From assembly GCA_049297495.1 (NCBI GenBank), contig JBAQUL010000007.1, positions 1-43,944 of the forward strand: DNA of 43,944 nucleotides, written 5' to 3'. The stretch comes from Candidatus Moraniibacteriota bacterium. Lineage in GTDB: Bacteria > Patescibacteriota > Minisyncoccia > Moranbacterales > UBA2206. Below the pieces are notes generated by a model that ran no database searches, was not told the DNA's origin, and saw only the letters and a list, made by a program, of their open reading frames with translations. Below, in pieces: positions 35,483-43,944 of the stretch (position 1 is its first letter; every line of letters begins with the position of its first letter). The position numbers and the translations under genes are program-made.

Positions 35483-38290
35483 ATGTCAAAAAACAAACCA
35501 AAGGATAGAAGCCAGATTATCGTGCGCGGAGCACGGGTGAATAATTTGAAAAATATTGATGTGGAAATCCCACGGGACAGGCTGGTTGTCATTACCGGAC
35601 TGTCCGGTTCGGGCAAATCTTCTTTAGCTTTTGATGCGATTTATGCCGAAGGCAATCGGCGTTATCTTGAGGGAATGTCTAGCTACGCGACGCAATTTTT
35701 GGATGTGTCGGCCAAACCGGATGTGGACAAAATTGAAAATCTCACCCCAACCATTTCAATTGATCAAAAAAGTATCGCGCGCAGTCCGCGCTCAACTGTT
35801 GGGACACTGACGGAAATTTATGATTATCTGCGCGTGCTTTATGCGAAAACTGGAATGCCGCATTGCCCGCATTGCAAAACACCCTTAGAAAAAATTACTA
35901 ACTCAGAAGTATTGGAAGATATTCTTAACTCTCCCGACAAGACGAACATCGCAATTCTTGCCAAACTTAATGGCAAAGAGCGAAATTTGAAAGAAACCCT
36001 GAAAAGTGTTAGTCAGCTTGGCTATGCGCGGATTCGCTTCAAAGGGAAAATAATGTCACTTGCTGAAGCATTGGCACTAAATGATATTGATGCGGATGAG
36101 ACTTGCAATGCCGAGATCGTAATTGATCGGTTGGTTTTGAATAAAAAAAATCCTGATCGAGAAAGAATTTTAGATTCAATTGAGACTGCTTTCAAATTGG
36201 GCAAGGGTATGGCTGTGGTAATCAAAGATAATGAAGTTGAGAAAATATATAATCGTGATTTTGTGTGCAAGAAATGCTTTTTTGAAGTTGCCGATATCAC
36301 CCCAAAGCATTTTTCTTTCAATAGTCCTGAGGGTGCCTGTCAGCATTGTTCCGGACTTGGCATAATCAAGGAAATTGACGAGGATCTCCTAATCCCAAAT
36401 AAAAACCTGACGCTCGCTGAGGGAGCGATTTTGTCGTGGAATAAATCAGGCGGGAGATCAAGCGTGCTTGCCAGCGGGAATAATATTTTGAAAATGCTGG
36501 GGGATAAATATGGATTTTCTATCGATATTCCTGTGAAAAAAATCAGTCGTGAACATCTAAATATCGTGCTTTATGGTTCGAATGATCCTAAGATAATCTT
36601 TGAAGGAGTTATTCCGACAATGAAAAAGAAATATGAGGAAATGAATTCCAACTATCTGCGGAGTGAGATTGAAAAATACATGATTGAAAAAGTTTGTCCG
36701 CTTTGTTCGGGCAAGCGGTTAAAGGGGGAATATCTCTCAGTTCTTGTAGCAGGGAAATCAATTGATCAGACAGTGGACTTGTCTCTCGTGGATTTTTCTA
36801 TTTTTCTGGAAGCGTTAGAAAAAACAAATATTAGTTCGGTCAAGAAAAATATAATATTACCATTGGTCAAGGAGATGAAAGCGCGTAGTGCTGCACTTCA
36901 AAATGTAGGCTTAGGCTATCTTTCGCTTTCGCGCTCGGCTAATTCAATCTCCGGTGGAGAGGGGCAGCGTATTCGTCTGGCAACTCAGATCGGTTCGGAA
37001 CTTTCCGGTATCACTTATGTTCTGGACGAACCTTCAATTGGCCTGCATAATCGTGATACGGAAAAATTGGTAGCAACAATGGAAGAATTGCGCGAAGCGG
37101 GGAATTCCCTCATCACCGTGGAGCATGATGAACAAATAATTCGCCGTGCAGATTGGATTATTGATATGGGACCTGGCGCTGGCGAGGAAGGTGGAGAGGT
37201 GATTTTTTCTGGAGATCTTCAAAAACTTTTAAAATCAAAAACTTTGACAGCTCAATACCTGAATGGCAAAAGACAGGTCGGGGACAAGAAAAAGGCGCGC
37301 AAAGGTTCTGGAAAATTTATTAAAATTCAAGGAGCGACTGAACATAACTTGAAAGATATTGACGTGAATCTTCCCTTGGGGAAATTTATCTCGCTTACTG
37401 GCGTTTCTGGTTCAGGCAAATCAACGTTGGTAACAGATATCCTGTCGAAAGCTTTGGCGAAGTATTTTTTCAATACCAAAGAAGCTCCTGGTAAGCATAA
37501 GAAAATTAGTGGAATGGAAAGTATTGATAAGGTGATTAGTATCAATCAGTCTCCGATTGGTCGTACGCCACGATCAAATGCAGCAACGTATACTGGCGTA
37601 TTTTCACTCATCCGTGAGCTATTTGCGCAGACAGAGGAGTCGCATACTCGAGGATATGATGCCAGTCGGTTTAGTTTTAATATGAAAGGCGGGCGTTGCG
37701 AGGATTGCCAGGGAGAAGGAAAAAAGAAAATCGAGATGCATCTTTTGCCAGATGTCTATGTCGCTTGTGAAACTTGCAATGGTGCCAAGTACAATCAAAG
37801 AACGCTGGAAATTGAATACCGTGGAGTGAATATAGCTCAAGTGCTTGATATGAGTGTGAGTTATGCGTTAGCCTTTTTCAAGAATTCTAAATTAGTGACA
37901 GAAAAATTAGTCACACTGGAAAAAGTTGGTCTGGGCTATCTGAAATTGGGACAAAGCGCAGTAGACCTCTCTGGTGGAGAGGCACAGCGGATTAAATTAG
38001 CAACAGAGCTTTCTCGTCGTGCGACCGGCAAAACTCTGTACATTTTGGACGAACCAACAATTGGTCTCCATTTTGAAGACATTCGAAAACTCTTGGGAGT
38101 GCTTGATGCACTCGTTGACAAGGGCAATACTGTTTTGGTTGTTGAACATAATGTCGATGTGATTCGCAATTCCGATTGGGTGATTGATTTAGGACCGGAA
38201 GGCGGAAATGGTGGGGGAGAAATCGTGTTTGAAGGGTCACCGACAGAGCTGAAAAAATGCTCAAAGAGTTGGACGGGGAAATATCTCTAA
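35483..38290 (+). CDS. uvrA: Excinuclease ABC subunit A, paralogue 2 (divergent, insertion-free)
   Basis: [35 protein letters not shown], Zn-finger CxxC pairs, [21 protein letters not shown]. About 935 aa from the ATG at 35483 (tracked TTG at 35477). Confidence 0.9.
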   Translation: MSKNKPKDRSQIIVRGARVNNLKNIDVEIPRDRLVVITGLSGSGKSSLAFDAIYAEGNRRYLEGMSSYATQFLDVSAKPDVDKIENLTPTISIDQKSIARSPRSTVGTLTEIYDYLRVLYAKTGMPHCPHCKTPLEKITNSEVLEDILNSPDKTNIAILAKLNGKERNLKETLKSVSQLGYARIRFKGKIMSLAEALALNDIDADETCNAEIVIDRLVLNKKNPDRERILDSIETAFKLGKGMAVVIKDNEVEKIYNRDFVCKKCFFEVADITPKHFSFNSPEGACQHCSGLGIIKEIDEDLLIPNKNLTLAEGAILSWNKSGGRSSVLASGNNILKMLGDKYGFSIDIPVKKISREHLNIVLYGSNDPKIIFEGVIPTMKKKYEEMNSNYLRSEIEKYMIEKVCPLCSGKRLKGEYLSVLVAGKSIDQTVDLSLVDFSIFLEALEKTNISSVKKNIILPLVKEMKARSAALQNVGLGYLSLSRSANSISGGEGQRIRLATQIGSELSGITYVLDEPSIGLHNRDTEKLVATMEELREAGNSLITVEHDEQIIRRADWIIDMGPGAGEEGGEVIFSGDLQKLLKSKTLTAQYLNGKRQVGDKKKARKGSGKFIKIQGATEHNLKDIDVNLPLGKFISLTGVSGSGKSTLVTDILSKALAKYFFNTKEAPGKHKKISGMESIDKVISINQSPIGRTPRSNAATYTGVFSLIRELFAQTEESHTRGYDASRFSFNMKGGRCEDCQGEGKKKIEMHLLPDVYVACETCNGAKYNQRTLEIEYRGVNIAQVLDMSVSYALAFFKNSKLVTEKLVTLEKVGLGYLKLGQSAVDLSGGEAQRIKLATELSRRATGKTLYILDEPTIGLHFEDIRKLLGVLDALVDKGNTVLVVEHNVDVIRNSDWVIDLGPEGGNGGGEIVFEGSPTELKKCSKSWTGKYL

Positions 38291-38292
38291 AG

Positions 38293-38368
38293 AAATTTCA
38301 AAATCCAAATAGTATTTTTTGAATTTTGTCATTTGATATTGATTTGAAATTGGTTATTGGAAATTAGA
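38293..38368. repeat. family-D element in hairpin configuration (terminator-like) after uvrA-2
   Basis: aaatttcaaaatccaaat ... gatttgaaattggttattggaaatt; the arms are partly complementary. Confidence 0.55.
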
Positions 38369-38375
38369 TATTAAT

Positions 38376-39317
38376 ATGCTAGACCCGCTTTCCCAAAACA
38401 TCCTTGCCACCATTGCCTATTACGACGTCCTGGATTATCCATTGACGGTTTTTGAATTGTGGAAATATTTGATTAGCGACCAACAATCAGCGAATAACGA
38501 ACAAGAAATAGAAAAAATAACAATCGCGAATATTATTTTTGAACTGGAAGATGAAGAGTTGAAAAAACAAATCGAAACTTTCCGTGGGTACTATTTCTTG
38601 TCAGGGCGCAAAAATTTGGTGGCACAAAGAATTGAACGCAATAAAATATCTGAAGAAAAGTACGGAACAATTCAGTGGGTTGTGCAATTTTTGCGTTTCG
38701 TGCCATATGTTCGAATGATTTTGGTGACTGGACGGGTGGCGATGAAAAATGCTGGCAGAAAAAGCGATCTTGATTTTTTGATTTGCCTGGAAAAAGGAAG
38801 GATTTTTACTGGCAGGACTTTGGTTACGTTAGTTATCCATCTTTTAGGCAAAAGACGTTATGGAAAAAAAATTACCAATAGAATTTGCCTTAATTATTTC
38901 ATCACTACTGAATCTCTCGAGATTGAAATGCAAGATCTTTTTGCATCCTCGGAGTATTTCTTTGCGCTGCCTGTGTTTGGTTTTGATGTGTTTAGAGAAT
39001 TTCAAAAAGCTAATGGTTGGATTTCCAAATATCATGCAAATTTTATCTCTACGGAAATTCCAAATCTAAAGTTGAAATCCGACAACTATTTTTCAAAGTT
39101 AATTCGATCTGCTGGTGAAGAATTGTTTGGCTTTGATTATCTTGAGCAAAAATTGAAAGTCTGGCAAACTAAAAGAATTGCCTTGGATCCACGTACGAAT
39201 ATGCCCGGGAGCATGATCGTTGCTGATGATAATTCTTTGGTTTTTTTGCCTGAGCCGCAGGGGCCGAAAGTTTTTGAAGCGTTCAAGCTGAGAATGAAAA
39301 ATTTGGCAGGGGAATAG
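38376..39317 (+). CDS. hypothetical protein, possible nucleotidyltransferase fold
   Basis: 313-aa ORF. TGRVAMKNAGRKSDLDFLI resembles the G-[SG]...D-x-D motif of pol-beta-type NTases. Weak call. Confidence 0.4.
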   Translation: MLDPLSQNILATIAYYDVLDYPLTVFELWKYLISDQQSANNEQEIEKITIANIIFELEDEELKKQIETFRGYYFLSGRKNLVAQRIERNKISEEKYGTIQWVVQFLRFVPYVRMILVTGRVAMKNAGRKSDLDFLICLEKGRIFTGRTLVTLVIHLLGKRRYGKKITNRICLNYFITTESLEIEMQDLFASSEYFFALPVFGFDVFREFQKANGWISKYHANFISTEIPNLKLKSDNYFSKLIRSAGEELFGFDYLEQKLKVWQTKRIALDPRTNMPGSMIVADDNSLVFLPEPQGPKVFEAFKLRMKNLAGE

Positions 39318-39367
39318 AAGGCGGTTCTTGGGCCATAAAAACGGGCGGTTTTTGAACCGCACCCTAC

Positions 39368-39396
39368 TTGACTAAATATCTAGATTTTGTCAAAAT
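39368..39396 (+). promoter_or_regulatory. candidate groEL promoter (TTGACT, 17 nt spacer, TGtCAAAAT)
   Basis: TTGACT at 39368-39373 and CAAAAT at 39391-39396 preceded by TGT. Confidence 0.5.
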
Positions 39397-39404
39397 AGAG
39401 GATG

Positions 39405-39431
39405 TTAGCAATCTAGCCTTGTGAGTGCTAA
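39405..39431 (+). promoter_or_regulatory. CIRCE operator (HrcA binding site)
   Basis: TTAGCAATC-tagccttgt-GAGTGCTAA against the consensus TTAGCACTC-N9-GAGTGCTAA: one mismatch, exact 9-nt spacer, directly downstream of the promoter. Confidence 0.85.
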
Positions 39432-39439
39432 AAGAGTAT

Positions 39440-39600
39440 TCTCCTCGCCCTTCGGGAGAGGATGTCACGAGCACGTGACAGGTGAGGGCAAGGGCTTTTG
39501 ATAAACTTATTATTATCCTATGTACAACGTTTTTCCCTCCTATAACACCCTTGCCCTCATCCGGCCTTCGGCCACCTTCTCCCGATGGGAGAAGGGGAAC
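39440..39600. repeat. Family-B GC-rich element, full copy B2, inside the groEL leader
   Basis: The left half is nearly identical to B1. The 12-bp arms tgagggcaaggg (39483-39494) and cccttgccctca (39548-39559) are perfectly complementary. Terminal hairpins are ctcgcccttcgggagag and cttctcccgatgggagaagg. Confidence 0.7.
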
Positions 39601-39627
39601 TGAACAATAAATCTAATCAATTCATAA

Positions 39628-41340
<1,713 letters not shown>

Positions 41341-41377
41341 GCGCTAGTAGAGGATTGTGAAAAATAGTATTAAAATA

Positions 41378-41412
41378 AAGAACATAATTCATTTTATGTT
41401 CTTTGTTTTTTT
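41378..41412 (+). terminator. rho-independent terminator of groEL
   Basis: aagaacataa-ttcatt-ttatgttctt followed by tgttttttt. Confidence 0.8.
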
Positions 41413-41470
41413 AAAATAAAAAAGTTATCCACAGCCAAACTTTTTCGCTCTTCTTGCTTTCTTTTTTCTA

Positions 41471-41479
41471 TGGTATAAT
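41471..41479 (+). promoter_or_regulatory. extended -10 element TGgTATAAT upstream of the fibre gene
   Basis: TG at 41471-41472 and TATAAT at 41474-41479. The -35 is poor. Confidence 0.4.
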
Positions 41480-41562
41480 TAACCCATCAGATCTAATAAA
41501 AAATGAGGGTGAGAAAATGAAATAAGTTCCGTCACTTTCGCTTTAAACTAAAGCGTAGTCGC

Positions 41563-43944
41563 ATGATTTTTTCGAAAACAAAAATCAGTAAAAAATACAA
41601 GAAAAATGTAGTCATTTTTCTACTTTGCCTTGTCTCTTTTACGCTTCTTTCTTTTCTCAAAGTAGAGGCCGCCAGACAAATGGAAGGTATGGCTTTTCTC
41701 ACTGACAAAACAGGTCAAATGATCAGTGGAGATTACACCGTACGCTTTGCCATTTACTCCACCGACCGCACCACTATCGACAACTATCCTTCTGACGTAG
41801 ACAAAGACCAAAGAGTCTGGGAAGAAACTCAAACTGTCACTATCAAAAATGGCGTCCTCAACTTCAATCTCGGTCAAACCCAAGAACTGCCCATTCTAGA
41901 CAATCCCCAAGGTACCCACTATTTCCTCGGCATCCGTATTAACGAGGATAGTGAACTAGTTCCCAGAAAAAAAATCACTTCTTCTCTTTTCGCTTACAAC
42001 GCCACCAATGCCACCCTACTTAACGGCAAAAAGATTGGCACAAACTCTGGTGATATCCTCGCCCTCAACAACCTAGGCAAGATTGATCTGCAAAATCTCC
42101 CCATCGGCACCGGAGAGGGCCAATTGATCACCGGCAATGACTCAAGACTAAATGATTCCCTCACTCTCTCTGGAGCAAAATATCTCACTCTCAAAAATCA
42201 AAAACTAACCGCCAATAAAATTAAACTATCCTCCGATACCCAAGGCACTCTACCAGTCAGTCAAGGAGGCACTGGCCTGACTGATACCCAAGCTGGCAAA
42301 CTACTGATGGGTACCGGCTCCGGTTATGCTTTTGGTTCTATCCTGGGTTCCGGCAATGTTAATGTCGCCACCACCAGCAGTAATATCTCCATCTCACTCA
42401 AAGACACAATCAATGTCAGTGGCCTAGATGTCACTGATCGACTCTACCTGGCAGACAGTTCCGTTCCCACCACTCCCACCAACAATCTCTACAGCAGTAG
42501 TGGCAACTTGTATTGGGGCACCACCAACCTCAGTAGCGGAGGCACAACCTACACCAAGTCCGGCACCCTGCTCCAACTAACCGGTACCACTTTCTCAATC
42601 CAAGAAGGCACGCTCACAAACAACAAAATTTGCACCTATTCCACCACTGACGGCCTAGTCTGCAATACTGATCCGGCCAGTGCTGGAGTAGAAACTGATC
42701 CCATCTTTTCTGCTAGTCCCTCCGCAACAATCACCAATACTAACATCACCGATTGGAACGCCAAAGAAAGCCTCCTCACTTTTTCCACTGGCCTCTCTAG
42801 AGTAGTCAATACCATCACCAACACCGATCTTGGTTCCACTCAAAATATCTTCAAAACAATTACCGTCTCCGGTCAAAGCAATCTCACCACCGATCAAAAC
42901 TCTGATACCCTCACTTTAGTGGCCGGAACTAACGTTACCCTTACTACTGACGCCGCAGTAGATTCCATCACCATCAACTCCACCGACACAGACACCAATA
43001 CTACCTACTCAGCTGCTGCTAGTAATCTCCTCCAACTAACCGGTACTGAATTTTCAGTAAAACAAGGCACCATGACTGACACCAGACTGTGTGCCTATTC
43101 GGCTACACTAGGTTTAGTCTGTGACACCTCCACTTCTTCTTTTGCCCATGATCCAGCCAGTATCAATCCAACTATTCCTAATGGTCTAACGATTAACGGT
43201 TCCCAACAAATTTCCCTCGCGCTTTCCACTACCTCTACCACCGGAGCACTATCCAGCACCGACTGGAATATTTTCAATAACAAACAACCCGCCGGCTCTT
43301 ATCTCACTAGCAATCAAACCATCACCCTTTCCGGAGACGTAACCGGCTCAGGAGGAACAGCCATTACGACAACCATCGGAGCAGACAAAATCACCGAATC
43401 CATGCTAGTGGCTAGCGCCACCCCAGCTAGTGGCAATGTCCTCACCTACAACGGCACCAACGGTTTCACTTGGGTCGCCACTGCTCCCGGCACCGCCCAT
43501 AATCTTTTCTCTTCTACACACGGCGACACCGCCTCCGTCACTCCCGCCCAAGGTGACATCATCTACTACAACGGATCAAGTTGGACCACACTCACTGCCG
43601 GCACCAATGGCAACTTCCTGCGCACGAATGGAACCGGTGCTGCTCCCAGTTGGCAAACAGCCACCGGCACCACTTATACAGCTGCCGCCTCTCCTAATCT
43701 CCTCCAACTAACCGGCACTGAATTTTCAGTAAAACAAGGTACCATGACTGACACCAGATTGTGTGTCTATTCGGCTACGCTAGGTTTAGTCTGCGACACC
43801 TCCACTTCTTCTTTTGGTCATGACCCACTCACCATTAACTCAACAGCTAATGGACTAACAGTAGATGGCAGCCAACAACTCTCTCTGGCCCTTTCCACCA
43901 CCTCCACTACCGGAGCACTCAGCTCAACCGATTGGAATATTTTC
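41563..43944 (+). CDS. large secreted repetitive surface/fibre protein (5' partial; open to the window end, 794 codons)
   Basis: Absent from the supplied track because it has no stop. My hand translation from the ATG at 41563 gives MIFSKTKISKKYKKNVVIFLLCLVSFTLLSFLKVEA (signal peptide), then Thr/Gly/Asn/Ser-rich sequence. It has recurring modules LLQLTGTEFSVKQGTMTDTRLC.YSATLGLVCDT and LSLALSTTSTTGALSSTDWNIF. Confidence 0.8.
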   Translation, partial: MIFSKTKISKKYKKNVVIFLLCLVSFTLLSFLKVEAARQMEGMAFLTDKTGQMISGDYTVRFAIYSTDRTTIDNYPSDVDKDQRVWEETQTVTIKNGVLNFNLGQTQELPILDNPQGTHYFLGIRINEDSELVPRKKITSSLFAYNATNATLLNGKKIGTNSGDILALNNLGKIDLQNLPIGTGEGQLITGNDSRLNDSLTLSGAKYLTLKNQKLTANKIKLSSDTQGTLPVSQGGTGLTDTQAGKLLMGTGSGYAFGSILGSGNVNVATTSSNISISLKDTINVSGLDVTDRLYLADSSVPTTPTNNLYSSSGNLYWGTTNLSSGGTTYTKSGTLLQLTGTTFSIQEGTLTNNKICTYSTTDGLVCNTDPASAGVETDPIFSASPSATITNTNITDWNAKESLLTFSTGLSRVVNTITNTDLGSTQNIFKTITVSGQSNLTTDQNSDTLTLVAGTNVTLTTDAAVDSITINSTDTDTNTTYSAAASNLLQLTGTEFSVKQGTMTDTRLCAYSATLGLVCDTSTSSFAHDPASINPTIPNGLTINGSQQISLALSTTSTTGALSSTDWNIFNNKQPAGSYLTSNQTITLSGDVTGSGGTAITTTIGADKITESMLVASATPASGNVLTYNGTNGFTWVATAPGTAHNLFSSTHGDTASVTPAQGDIIYYNGSSWTTLTAGTNGNFLRTNGTGAAPSWQTATGTTYTAAASPNLLQLTGTEFSVKQGTMTDTRLCVYSATLGLVCDTSTSSFGHDPLTINSTANGLTVDGSQQLSLALSTTSTTGALSSTDWNIF

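Noticed and set aside
41425-41433. Perfect DnaA box TTATCCACA downstream of groEL, considered as an oriC marker
   Set aside because: It is a single isolated box. I found no cluster of boxes, AT-rich unwinding element, or dnaA/dnaN nearby.
43012-43944. The two ~265-bp near-identical segments of the fibre gene, considered as a diversity-generating retroelement TR/VR pair
   Set aside because: Mismatches between the copies involve all four bases, with synonymous and non-synonymous changes scattered, rather than being confined to adenine positions of one copy. Both copies are coding and in frame, and no reverse transcriptase is present in the window. Ordinary intragenic module duplication explains the pattern.

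Overview
AT-rich (roughly 40% GC by eye) bacterial chromosomal window using the standard code: TGA ends several conserved genes, including uvrA-1, a HIT gene and the 24689-25066 gene. I support about 40 CDS and see no rRNA, tRNA or CRISPR. The gene style (compact housekeeping genes with lineage-specific inserts, a GT39 glycosyltransferase, an orphan family-5 solute-binding protein, a Thr/Gly/Asn-rich surface fibre, many mini-palindromic repeats) suggests a CPR/Patescibacteria-like organism; that is inference only. Gene content in order: the 3' end of an rve-type IS transposase, RNase J, two small envelope proteins, a Bro-N/DinD-like protein coupled to trpS, and a GT39 membrane glycosyltransferase. 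Next comes a dispersed GDP-mannose set (PMM/PGM, IMPase, type-I PMI-like, cupin PGI-like, manC) with secG and an orphan SBP. A repeat-dense islet with two orphan genes follows, then uvrB and an 11-gene same-strand run of small enzyme and transporter genes (2 HIT, 2 NUDIX-fold, MTase, DUF1653, MFS, DUF523, cupin, HAD). Then a thioredoxin-fold protein and a lexA-headed repair island: lexA, small orf, inserted cassette, uvrA-1, uvrC, DUF45 zincin, DUF457-like membrane protein, uvrA-2. The window ends with an NTase-fold protein, CIRCE-controlled groEL without groES, and the first 794 codons of a compositionally atypical repetitive surface fibre. The main unusual signal is that at least five families of short palindromic or oligomer repeats populate intergenic regions. 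Derivatives of two of these families sit in frame inside uvrA-1, uvrB and uvrC, resembling Rickettsia palindromic elements, while the paralogue uvrA-2 is clean. Other signals: a roughly 1 kb cassette bracketed by a duplication of the uvrA-1 promoter and first codons; a perfect 20-bp hairpin covering the lexA ribosome-binding site; a UvrC lacking its C-terminal HhH region next to a MITE; a roughly 70-aa insert in TrpRS; and an SBP whose signal anchor has no canonical start codon.
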